A stretch of DNA of 58,907 nt, filler included, from Sluysia triapertura (lineage: Eukaryota): NCBI GenBank assembly GCA_046118255.1. It is 4 parts of 4 records of this genome, joined end to end, with 100 filler letters (N's around TTAATTAATTAA, not from the genome) between each part and the next. Parts side by side here need not be neighbours in the genome. Positions count along the whole stretch, not along the records: positions 10,954 to 34,467 come from JBJNIA010202929.1; positions 34,568 to 47,245 come from JBJNIA010090789.1; 2 more parts are not named here. The stretch is one strand, 5' to 3'. Shown here piece after piece: positions 26,301-38,397 of this stretch; the first letter of the stretch is position 1, and the number at the start of each line of letters is the position of its first letter. Under the pieces are notes generated by a model that saw only the letters and a list, made by a program, of their open reading frames with translations, did no database searches and was not told where the DNA came from. A program made the position numbers and the translations under genes.

Positions 26301-29300
26301 TATTTATAAATCAAATTGCTTTTAAAGTATTAAACCAAAAGTTGAACACGCTGCGTTTTGGGCAGAAGTTGATAATGGGTGTTTTGTCGCTTATCTGTTC
26401 TTGCCAGTGTTGTGTATCATCAAGTTGTATAATGTAGAATATATATTATTCAGGCGTAATTTATCATCAATTTTTATACAAGTTAAAATAAACAATTTTG
26501 TCTCATCAATATATTTTTACTAACTTATAAGCACACATATTGTTACTGTTGTCATTGCCGATATTATTTTGCAAAATTATTAAGTAACGATCAATAATTT
26601 ATGATCTTAATTTAGCAAAACATCATTTTATTTGATAACGTTCAAAACGAACAAAATTTATCATTCAATGAATAATCCGGTGATTCTTGGATATTAGTAA
26701 CGTTAATTAATGACAATTTGTCGGACATAAGGTTTAATTGTGATTACATAAAATCTAATAGTGAATGCTGAAATTAATGACTAAATCATTTTGATAATAC
26801 TCGAACCACTCGATACAATTCAAGTAAATACTAAATCCACTAATTCTGTTGATCGTGAAAAATCATGTTCTGTTGTCGCAATCACCGAAACCATTAACAG
26901 ATGAACTCTTGAATTATGAAAAAACTCTTTAATGAATAAATTCATTTGAATCAGATGTTTCAGTAACTAAATATGCAACAAAATTGCAAAAAGTGGTTTT
27001 GCAGATTTAAATCAAGAATTTCTTGACTAATTTTGTGAATCTAAATGAATTTGCTAGTAATAAAGATCACAGATGTAATGAAGTGTTTCAGAGTTTTATC
27101 AATGATTAGAATGATTAGATGATTAGAATCAACAAGATCTCGATAAAAATAAGTCATTAAACTTTGTAAAATCATACATCGTGAACAATGAATTAAATGA
27201 TATAATCAAACGCCAAACATTGTAGAAAAATGCAAAAAAATCGTTGCAGAATGTTAGATTTATTTGATATTATTTATGTCATAAAATTCATAGTTTTAGG
27301 TCAATTACCCGCAGGCCTTAAATTTAATAATTGAATTTTATTTTAATAAGGAATTACAGAGTAAAGGACAAAATCAAAAATAAGGAATTACAGGAGCAAT
27401 CCTAATTTGAATAAATTCTTAGACGTCAGGACCCTCAAATTTTAATAAAGTCCTACCTATAATACTAAAATCCTCATCATCATAATTATAATTATTGTAA
27501 GATTACGTAATTAATATAATAAAAAGTTTGAAATAATTTATTACATACTTAAAATTGGTATCTTCATTAATCCTCTGAAGTGTTTCCATTCTTCTTGTAC
27601 AGTTTTTAATTCATGGCTACTCATAGTTCCTTTCATAGTTCGAAGATCAAGATTCAAATTATTCATTAAATATCGATATAATGCTAATAGTTGTTGATCG
27701 TCTGTAGTAAAAATAACCATTCTTTTTAAAGATGCTTCTGTTACTTTGAGATAATCATGAATCATCTTAAATGCATGAGATATATCGTCGCATTCTACAA
27801 TTGTCTAAATTTTAATACTTTTGTTAAAATTTAATATTCTTAACTTTTTAATACATATAAAAATTAAATAAATTTATTTTAATACATTTTTAACATTTGG
27901 AATCCAAAATCAAAATTTCTAAACATATATTAATACACAGACGCAACTCGTCATAACATAACGATCATGTGTACATTAAAAATAACTACATGAGATTTTT
28001 ATAAATAGAATTAGAAAATAGGTCATAATGCAATGTTTTGGCAAATTGAATCACAATTACATACTTCATACCATAATATTCGTCAAAAGAAGATTATGGT
28101 AAGTGTTTAGTGGTCTAGCGCAGATGTGATTCATTATGACTTCATGAAACCTGGTTCATCGATCACAGCAAAAACATACTGCAACTAACTTGATTAAATG
28201 ATGCAAAAACTTCAAAACCAGCCCCTACTGATCAAAATACATATTCCTAAAAACAGTGCACAAACGATTGTGACAAAACTATAGGAAACGAAGTTGAAAC
28301 TTCATCATCCTCCATACTCACCAGACCTAGTCCCCACTTTTTAATATGAAAACAATTTAATTCCGACAAAACTATAAGACTTCAATGACTCTTATCCGCC
28401 AGAGTTTTATACCACCAGCCTGAATTAATTGTCGCTTAAATGGCAAAAGTGTAGACAATTTGTAAACAAAGTATAAACAATTCCTTATATTTGTATGTTA
28501 TCAATCAACTATGCCTTTTCTACAAATTTAATCCTTGACGATCTGATAAATAGAAGAATATTTTTGTTTAATTTTAAACTTCGCCACAATTTAAACTGAG
28601 TTGTGACTTTGATTTATTATAATTGAATCTTTAATTTAAATTGGTTTAGAGTTGAATTTTAAATTGGCTTATCATATTGACTTAATTTCCTACTGGTTTA
28701 TAATTGAATTTATTATTGAATTTATAATCTGAATTGATTTATATTAATCTTATATCTTGAATCGAGTTACCATATTTGTTATCAAAACTTAAAAATTAAA
28801 TATAATTTCAATAGTAATAATAATGCGTTATGTTTCCTGCTACAGCCATTAAACGAAGTAACGAAAGAACGAAAAGAGTAGAAGACCAAATAAGTTAAAA
28901 ATAATAATCGTCAACAATAAATGACAAAAATTAGAATAAAAATATTTTGTTCATTAATTTTAATTTTGCTTTTTTGATGTTAATTTTGTTCACAAAACAA
29001 ATTATATTATTAGATACTGTAATAATATAAATACAAATAATAATATTTTATTAAAAGTGTTTTATGTACATATTTATAAAATTGTGTGATGTTTTATAGT
29101 GGCATGGTAAATATAGCAGATTAATTTCGTTACTATCAACAGTGAATTATCTCTTCAACTTGAATACAAAATAAAGCCAAAGAATTAATATTGTCTTACC
29201 ACTTGTATTTTAACAAAATGGCTTAGGCATCATATTCAGTTTTGTGATAGTCTGTAAGCAATGTTTATAAACACTTAAAAATTTAATAGCTCAAATTTAA

Positions 29301-32300
29301 CAAAATATTAATTAAATATTTATTTTAATTATTAAAACCATCAATTCCAAAGTAAATTTATTTTAATATTTTTAGATTTTTTATAACGCTTGAATATAGC
29401 TCTTGTTTAAATCCACTGAAGGTTTTAACAAAATTTCGAAATCGTTTACAGATTCAATAAGCTTTAAAATTACTGTAAAAATTAATTTTTAATTAATTTC
29501 AATAATTAATGATTCCGTGATGTTCTACCAAACACAAAAACCCTCTTTGGGTGTAAACCATTTTGAGTATTCGGTGTAAAATGTTGACTTATAAAAATAT
29601 TGCAACATATAATACTCATTTTCATTTCAATTCTTTTCAAAAAAGGTTCAATATTCAACAACCGCTAATATGGTTTAACTTTTACTTCCACAAACCCTAT
29701 ATGATTTAATGATTTCTCTATTACCCCATTTTGGGGGTAATTTAGCCTTGTTCCCCTACCGCAGCTCTAAGGATACTGAATCTATTCCAAGACCTAACAT
29801 TAATGAAATAGACTTGACACTTGGAAACACAAATACAATCGTCTTAGATAATTTGAAATAACTTGTAAAGACACTAAAAATGAGGTGTTTTGGTTCCATG
29901 AAAAATCTCAATTGTTGAATATTGAATCTTTTTTAAGATAATAGTTACGGGAAATGAAAATGAGCATTATGTTGCAAAAGTCAACATTGTCAAGCGATTA
30001 CTCAAAATTAGTTTTTTTCACTAGAGTCAAATTATAAATTACTGAAATTGGATGAACACTATCATGTAGCATCTATTGTTAGAAATGAGACTAGAAAATG
30101 GTGCAGATCAATCAGAATTTATTGGTAGAAAGTGTAATTTTACTTCATGACAATGCAACACCACACACTTCAAAAGTCAGTCTATGTTTTAATAGAATTT
30201 ATATTTAAGATCCAAGATATATAGCGGATATTATCACTTCCAAGACAAAATTTGAATTGGCTAAAGCTGATGTTTAAATATTTCGGATCCTAATCGAAAG
30301 ATTTTTACAGCAATGTTATAAAAGTTACAAAAAATTTCGGTAACAAAAGTCACCATAATCAGGGGTTTTATTTTGATTAAATACATGTAATTTTTATGTT
30401 CCTCACTTTCGTGGTTAATCAATACCACGAAAAAAATATTGCTAAAATTTACCATATTAATTCGTAATTCAACATTTGTTGCACTATAAATTCAATTGCA
30501 AATTTGAAAGGATTAATCATAGGGTGAAATTTACTACCACTATCTTTAAACTACTAAATACCACTTTCACAAGCTCAATACATTTTTATAATGCAGTATT
30601 CCACATGATTTTTATTGCAAAAGCACTACTTTTCATAGGCTCGATTTTACGTACTTCGATATTTAAAATTCGCATTTTTGTTTAAATAATTTGACCTAGT
30701 CACTCAGTCAATAATTTCAATTTTAGTGAGTTTAACCATTATTTTTCTCGTATACTTGGGATTTAGTAAATGTAGTTTTCTTACGATTTCTCTATTTAAT
30801 TTCTAAGCACTAAATATTTTTATTATGATTTGATGGAAAAATTCTAACTATTTCTTATACACCTGCATTGTAAAAGCAAGCTTAATAAAATTTTAATTAT
30901 TTCTCATTTTTAAAATAATTGCTAAAAGTAATAATTAATAAATCAGCTGTTCATCTATGATTCAAGAAATTTAATTATTTTTAATCAGATGTTAAGAAAT
31001 AATAAAGAGATGTTTTTAATGCATCACAGATGAATTATATGCCACATTTTGAAAAAAACTTGCTCATGCTAAATATTTAATTTCGGAATTACGATCAGTC
31101 ATTAAAAAAAGGAACTACCAGTATTAACTCAATTTCATTGCCTGATCATATAGTGTAACCGGATATATTGGGCATTTATCTTATCGATGACACATTACCG
31201 ATTAACATTTTGATCCAGCATTTCTATTTTAAAGATTTCTTAAGTTTTTAATTGTATGTTCTTTCTTTACGGAAGATATAAAAACGCAATTTAACTCAAT
31301 TTTACTTTATGCTAGTAATAAAATCTTAATTTCAAATTTAAAGTAGTAAGGTCTAAACCTTTTTGGAATAAATTATACTGTACTTAACGAGAATATGTGA
31401 CTAGATAAACGACAAAAAATCAGAAAGATCCTCCCAAAACACAAGTTTTTGCCTTTTAATTCATAATAAAATCTTACAGGCACAATAGTAGGATGCAATT
31501 AAGACATAGATAACCAATTTGTAAGCATATTATGTTTAAAAATAATATATATAATATCATAGCAATTGTAATGAAAGTATTTTTTTAATTAAATACCTAT
31601 CGTTATTATTATTATACATTAAATACTAATAATTTAATTTATTTTGATTCAATTTTAATATTTAAAAAAAATATAGTCTTTGTACTCTGAATATTTAGTT
31701 TATTAATTTTTTTAATTTAAATTAACCTGATTTAATCTTTCGAAAACAGCTATTTCAAGTGGATCGTTAACAATCAACGAAAACCTATCACCCATAACAT
31801 TTTTAACAAAAGATTCGATACCAGATGTCCAGTGTGTTGCAGTAATTATTTTTTGAGGTTCATATCCACACTCAATGGAAGCCGTCTGTTTATAAAACAA
31901 TATTTCACGTAACTCATCTAAGTGATAACTAATTAATATATCTAGGTCGTCAAAACACAAGAAGCGTAAACAATCAAATTTAAAGACACTAAAAGTTTTT
32001 AACAAGCGCAATAAAGATGACGGTGTAACAATCAAAATATCACATCCATTTAAAATTGACATCATTGTTCGGTGCTCAACTTCCCCAGCATAACAATATA
32101 CTATTCTTGGTTTGCGAACTTTATCATTATCCACTTGAAATTTTAGTAACCTCGCAGCTGAATCTGACATATTCTTAACATTCTTCCACGATGAGCAAAT
32201 AATAACTGCTATTGGATTAAATTCAGTACCTCTGTTTACATTTTTTGAAGTTATCATTTGAAGAATAGGCATCAAAATACCCATCGATTTTCCTTTTTCT

Positions 32301-33651
32301 TTAGGAGCTATTCCAAGAACATTGATTCCTCTAAGAATTGTTGGAATCATATATGCCTATTACATTTCATTAATTAATTAATTTAAATTACCTGTAAATT
32401 TAATAGTGTTTTTGATTTGTAATAATCCATTGCTGACTTTATAAAACCAGCAAGATATTTATCATTTTGATAAGACACAATCGGTTGAACTGGTTTTTCA
32501 TATTTATAAGTCACCAAATCACCTTTAGTTTCTTTAATTATATACCATCGCTTAACTAATCGCTCTAAATCTGAAATATAATTTTGATTTCTGTTTGATT
32601 GCAATAGAACATCCTGAGATTCTAAACAGGAATTATTAAACAACTTTTTATACCTGATGTCACGGCAGATAACTTTGAAATTGAACTATGACTATTAATT
32701 TTAGAATCCGTAGATTCAACTTCCAAATTAGTTGTGGAATGTGAAAATGAACCTGTAATTTTAATTTCCGAGTTTTCTATTAATAAATTAGAAATAGATT
32801 CATTTGATAGGGAACCTGTGCTAAGAGTTTCAATATCTTTATAATGACATTAAAAAATATTGTAATACCTTTACCTCTAGTGTGCTTTTCATCTTCATGT
32901 TGTACTGCGTAATTTTCTGATACTAAAAGTTCAACTAAATTCCATTGTTTTCCATTGTAAGTTACATTAACTTGCACTCGAGCTTTATCAAACATTTCTT
33001 GTAAATAATGCACTATCACATTTAAATTGTTATCTGAAAGGAAACACTTTTTTTAATAACTTAATTACCTTCGAAAAGGTTAACAATGAATTTATAACTC
33101 CTATGATCCCATGAATTCCCTTTTCTATAAAATTATAATTTGAACAAACATTTTACTCTAATTCAGCTTGAAGATGAGGTCCATATTCACGAATACACAT
33201 ATTAACCGGCGTTACATTAGTGACTTTATATAATTTTGCAGCTGCATTAGCACTCATCAATTCATCATTATTAATATTATAAAAACTAACTGATTATACT
33301 TAATAATAAAAACAACTTACTTTTGTTTTTCAATATTTTCAATCCTGGCACAGTCGACAAGAACACATCTAAAGGTAATTTAAATGATTTAGAAAAATAC
33401 TTAAATGTATTAGGATTAATTTCTTTAAAAGGCCTTCCTCTATACAATTTTCGACAGACATTGACAATATAAATCTAAAACAAATAAATAGCATTTATTT
33501 TAAAAACCTTCTGTAAAGAAACTTCATTAGCACTTTTTAAATCATCTTCTGTTAATTCATCGATTTTATCAGTTACATATTTATGACGTGCTTGATCAAT
33601 ACCTAAAAATTTATCAGGAGCAGATATACTTTTGACTAATACTCTCGACAT
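11310..33651 (-). CDS. TDRD12: TDRD12 / Yb-family piRNA biogenesis factor (Tudor - DEAD-box-like helicase - CCCH-like - Tudor); 3' end not resolved
   Basis: Phase-consistent GT-AG exons: 33508-33651, 33401-33474, 33321-33368, 33157-33285, 33069-33124, 32875-33033, 32654-32815, 32392-32621, 31727-32356, 27549-27804, 16487-16794, 16009-16152, 15809-15974, 11747-12077, 11310-11603. Motifs: LQAYMIPTILRG, GKS, CDILIVTPSSLLRLL, FDDLD, IITATHW, FSSRLHCL, CPGIKSFGECKLPTCDKRH, VRLIDNG...PQAIEVYLVGIRPLD, IGSTLWVD. This is the TDRD12 domain order. Confidence 0.88.
14955..15090. mobile_element. piggyBac-like MITE
   Basis: TTAA|CCCTTT ... AAAGGG|TTAA; 136 bp with a TTAA target duplication. Confidence 0.5.
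17190..17560 (-). mobile_element. MULE-like transposase relic
   Basis: Minus strand reads ...FKLHWWNVGPYNMRKHYSRGLYYEIN, similar to the WN.......RTNN..EG.h..iN segment of MULE transposases. Heavily decayed. Confidence 0.35.
18830..19080. repeat. (TAA)/(ATT/ATC)n low-complexity microsatellite
   Basis: Runs of TAATAA and ATTATC/ATCATT; these explain the spurious Met/Ile-rich ORF at 18924-19130. Confidence 0.85.
20440..21070 (+). repeat. dispersed repeat copy A encoding an unidentified protein fragment
   Basis: Diverged direct repeat of ~26590-27220; differences between the copies are mostly synonymous in one + frame (FESDV...KVVLQI.IKNFLTNF...CNEVFQSFIN...NELNDIIKRQ). Confidence 0.7.
21400..21540 (-). 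mobile_element. MULE-like transposase relic
   Basis: RTSHF..KWN*RFK...WK resembles RTNN..E.WN.rF....W. Decayed. Confidence 0.3.
26590..27220 (+). repeat. dispersed repeat copy B (homologous to 20440-21070)
   Basis: FESDVSVTKYATKLQKVVLQI*IKNFLTNF...CNEVFQSFIN...NELNDIIKRQ. Confidence 0.7.
28080..28460 (+). mobile_element. mariner transposase catalytic-domain relic (cecropia/Hsmar1-like)
   Basis: QKKIMVSV*WSSADVIHYDFMKPGSSITAKTYC...HPPYSPDL...EFYTTSLN*LSLKWQKC, with internal deletions. Confidence 0.85.
29560..30008. mobile_element. foldback / MITE with ~100-bp imperfect terminal inverted repeats
   Basis: 29560-29663 (TTTTGAGTA..AATGTTGACTT..TTGCAACATA..CTCATTTTCATTTC..TTCAATATTCAACAA) is the reverse complement of 29909-30008. 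Confidence 0.7.
30040..30260 (+). mobile_element. mariner transposase relic
   Basis: ILLHDNATPHTSKV (HDNA motif) at ~30135-30177. Confidence 0.65.
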
Positions 33652-34467
33652 TTTTAAAATAGTACAACTATTAAAACAATAAAAGCATACCAAAAAAGTT
33701 CTCTGTTTTTTTGTTTAATTATACTAAATACATATGGTTCACTAATATTTATTTAATTTGTTAGCCTACTAATTTAATTTTAAAAAATATAGTAAATAAG
33801 AAAATAAAGAAGGATTTAATTTTCTTTCAAATTTAAAGAATGTATTATTCAAATAATATAAAGTTTAGGATTAATAGTGTTTATTTTCGAATATAATTAA
33901 TACTGAAAATTGAATATTAACATTTTAAAATTGGCTTAGTTTCTCATCTAAATGAAAAAATTGTAATTTTAATGAAAATGTAATTTTACTAATTGCGAAG
34001 TGTGAAAGCACATAATGGCCGGGTTATACTATATAAGACTTGATAGTCTTTTTTATTTTTGTAACTTAGAAAATTAAAAATTTTTTAAAAAATTGAATTA
34101 ATCTTTAATCTTTTAAGTAATTTAGACTTGAACAACTTAATTGAAAGATGTAAATCGAATGTAATAGAGTAATAATATTTTAGAGTTAGTTAGTTAAATA
34201 ATTAATTATGTTGTGTCTTTTAATACTTTTATTTTCCCAATTTATTAAATCAAAACTCAATAACTAAATAAACTCAAAACCTCAGTATATTTGTTATATT
34301 ATCAAAACTACAATCAGATTATATAAATTATAACAATACGAATTGTCTTTATAAAAATGACAATACAAACTATTCTTTATAAAAAATGAATTATTCTTTT
34401 AAAAATAAACTATAACCAGGGGTGACACAACTTATTCAAACTTTAGCACCCGTATTAATGCAAAAAT

Positions 34468-34567
34468 NNNNNNNNNNNNNNNNNNNNNNNNNNNNNNNNN
34501 NNNNNNNNNNNTTAATTAATTAANNNNNNNNNNNNNNNNNNNNNNNNNNNNNNNNNNNNNNNNNNNN
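34468..34567. other. assembly gap with TTAATTAATTAA linker
   Basis: N-run with artificial linker. Confidence 0.98.
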
Positions 34568-35329
34568 AAGGATTTTAATGTAAGTTAGAATTTTCATTTA
34601 TTCTGTAAATATATTGAAATTTAGAGGATTTAAATACTCAAGAATAGTATTGGTATAATTTTTTGTTGCATTTGAAATTTTTTAAAATGAATTTGGACGA
34701 GGCACGTTATTCAAATCACAATAAATTTCGGAATTATGTAAATGTAGCTGATATATGTCTCAAAGGCTTTGGATATTCAATACAATCGGCTGATTTAATA
34801 ACTAATTTAAAAATGTTGATTATAGTCTTACAAGCTAACGCAAAATTTATTGCTATTCGAAGAAAACAGATTATTGCAAACGTTTATCACAATGTCTTCA
34901 TCCTCTATTGCCAAGTGGGGTACATATCAAAGCATTAGAATGTTATGATATATTTCGAAATATTGGTTCTCAAAAATTATACGATGCTTTATTTTTTAAT
35001 ACAAAGGTTTATTTCCACGTATGTCACCGGCTGCAACAAAGGTAAAAAACCACTTTTTTTTGATTGCTGAAGATGCAGTGTCTTTCTTTAAAGTTATGTT
35101 CATTAGCGTCGCAGAAAGACATATTCATCATAGTGACTCTGTTATTTTAAAAGTAAAAAATAATTATGTTATTTTAAAATGTGTTTCGTTTCATAAAGGT
35201 CATAAAGATGTAATAAAAGTTCGCTTTGAGCAAGATAAAGATATTAATTTTATGGACATTTTTGAATTTATAATTATGATTTATTTTTTTTATTTATTAT
35301 TTTATTAATTATGATTTTATTTTATGATT

Positions 35330-35515
35330 TATTTCCCTCTTAACAATGCCTTCTTCTTCGCGCGCAAAAATTACGGGGGCTTAGGCTTGATCTCTTCCTA
35401 CGACGACTACATGTGCCAGAATATAGTCTGCGCTTTCCGACTTTTCAATAGTCGTATCCACCTTATCCATATCCTTTCCTTTCATGAAATTGTCCGAGTT
35501 GCTATTGATGGACTT
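35330..35515 (+). mobile_element. fragment of an RLE-type non-LTR retrotransposon (R2/NeSL/R4-like), region after the RT domain
   Basis: Local GC rise; FFFARKNYGGLGLISSYDDY...FRLFNS matches the GGLG(L/I) motif of the thumb region. Confidence 0.55.
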
Positions 35516-38180
35516 GTAATGATATTTTTATTTTTAGGTTTAGAATTTGAAATTATTAAATAAAATAATATTATTATATAATAAAGTAATATTAATATAT
35601 ATTAAAAGGTTATAAAATGAAATTATTAAAATAAATATATAAAATAGTTAAAATTTTTATAATTATAAAATATAAAATATTATTATTATTATGATAAAAT
35701 ATAAATATTAAATATTTAAAATTATTTTCATCTTTAAATAAAATCATTAAATTTAAACAAATAAAAATTTATTATTATTATATCTCCATAGTAACTATTT
35801 GTTAGTAAACAAAAAATATATATAAATAGAACGGAATTTTATAAATTTTATAGACAATTTATGGATAGAATAAAAAAAGAAAAATTTATTTAAAGAAGAA
35901 TTATATTGGAAAAATTTGCAAAAATCAGCAGTGTTGTAAAAAGCGTAGCAATTTAACTATAGATCTGGAACAAATTTATTAACTTATCGATTTAATCGTT
36001 TAATTACTTTTTAAGAAAAATTTTAAATTGATCATAAAATGCAAGTAATTTTAAATTAAGTCATTTTGTAAATTTTATTTACCACATAAAACCATTCTAA
36101 AAATCAAAATAACTAAATATTAATTAATAAAATTAATATTTTTAACTATTCTTTATATTATAATTTGTATACCACTATTAAAATCGTATATTTGACATGT
36201 TTTACTACTATTAAAGTCTAACATTTGATAAATTTTTATTTTGTATATTCTTACTAAAATCAAATATTTAAAATTTACAGATAAATTAGAGTTGAGTTGA
36301 AAAAATGAATTATAAACGAATTAATAATTTTTATCAAAGTCGATTTTTTCTATATTGTGTGTTATATCTTATACAGTTTTTTGTTATATACTTCTGATAT
36401 TTTTTGACTTAATTTACAGTCAAAACCACATTTTGTATTATTATCTTGTAGTTTAGTTTGAATATAATATTCGGTCTTTATTAATAATTAATTATAATAT
36501 TAAAACGTATATTCTCTTCTTATAAATCTTAAGTAGCTGAATTAATTCTTATACTAGTTATACCACACCGATTCACTAAATTATAATGAGCTATTTATCA
36601 GGAAGGTTTAATAATAGATAAATCTAACTAATCGGCAGAATCATAAATAATTATATGTAAGGAACCTCCAGAATTTATTTATCTTTAAAGCTGCAAAAAT
36701 CTATGTGCTGGCCCTTAAGTGAATAAGTCAAGTATCATAGAGGACTCACATTAAGATAATTAGTAATTTAATTTAATTACATTTTCATAACCAAAATTTC
36801 CACAATAATAAATGTTGAAATAACAGTAAGAATATAATAAAAATAAACAGTTTATTTAATTTTTTAAATAATAAAAAAGAAAAGAAGAAAATAATTTCTG
36901 AATTTAATTAATTTTGGAAAATTTAAATATTTTTGTGATGTGGTTCTTTAAGGAAACAATTACAATTTTTTTTCCTAATTTAAGAGTTCGTCTCTGATCC
37001 GAGTCTTACACACTTAATGGCTCATCCACTGGATTTTAAAGATGCTAGTAAATTTATGCGAAAGAAAACTATTACTTTGTTATTATGATGCACTATCGTA
37101 AACTGAATTCTTGCTGCTTAATTTTCACTTCTAACTTAGCTGGAACTTAGATTTTATTTGAGTTTAATAAACCTCGTATTGATTAAGTTTATTTATTGTT
37201 GATTTTGTAATCTTGTTTAAACAAAATTAAAAAGGTTTTTATAGCTGCATTTAAGCCCTGTGAAAATATACTTTGACTTATTTTTCTATTTTAAGACTAT
37301 ATACTTTAGTGCAGTATTTTAGATCCCAGTAAAAAGGTTTGCAAAAAACAGTACTCATATTTCAAATCCTTTTGGAAGTTTTTAATATTTAAAAATGATT
37401 TTTTGTAAAAAATGTATTGTAAAGTATACAAATTATCTGAATACGCATTGAACGTTGATGATAATAATAATAAACTTTAAGTTATTTATAGAATGATTTT
37501 ATCGACTTTTTAAAAATTTAAATTTATGAATAATAGTTCAAAATTAGTTTATAATGACTCAATTTCAGTAGAGCTTAATTCAAGGTATTAATTTTTGCTT
37601 TTTTATGATGAGCAATTGTCTTAAATAATCTTAAGTTGTTCAGATAAGCTATTTGATAAAATACATAATTAAATTGTTTAATTGAAGATGAATTACAAAT
37701 GAGAAACAAAATTTAAATCATCAAATTGTGAATATACAAATGTGAAAATAAATAGGCTCAAGCGTTTAATTTATGCATTTTTTGTCGACTACTCTTTTTT
37801 ATTGGTCGATTACACGTACATATTATTGAGTACGTGTGTACATTATTTGTATTGAGTACAATAACAATATATTTGAAATATATATACATTAATATTTTCT
37901 TTGATACTTTTGATTAAAATATTTATTACTTTGTTTGTAGTTAATTATTTAATTCTTAGGATTGATTAAGTGAATTCCTATATAAAATTATCAAAAGTAA
38001 TTGAAAACAAATTATTTTAATCGAAAAATCGATTAAAATATATTTAATTAACTGAGACTTTAGCATAAAATCCTGTATAAAAGCCTATGCTCCATGATAA
38101 AACTTTGATTGCAGGGGAACATCATAAATAAATCTTGATTGTGTAAGATTTAAAATTAATAAAAAACATTCATTCCATTA

Positions 38181-38189
38181 TCATAATCA

Positions 38190-38247
<58 letters not shown>

Positions 38248-38260
38248 TATTTTTATTATT
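38181..38260. repeat. (ATT)n microsatellite upstream of SMARCC
   Basis: Near-perfect ATT run. Confidence 0.9.
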
Positions 38261-38397
38261 AATGACAAATTAACATTAAAATCTAAAAAAATATTTTTAA
38301 ATTGTTTAAATTAAGCGTGCATTTAAAATTTGTTAGACATTTTTGAAAAAGATAATTTTTTATCAATATTAAAAAGAATTTTTAAACATTTTGTAAT

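Noticed and set aside
34417-34467. CAGGGGTG... possible hAT TIR
   Set aside because: Runs into a gap, has no partner TIR, and the flanking 8-mer does not fit the target consensus.
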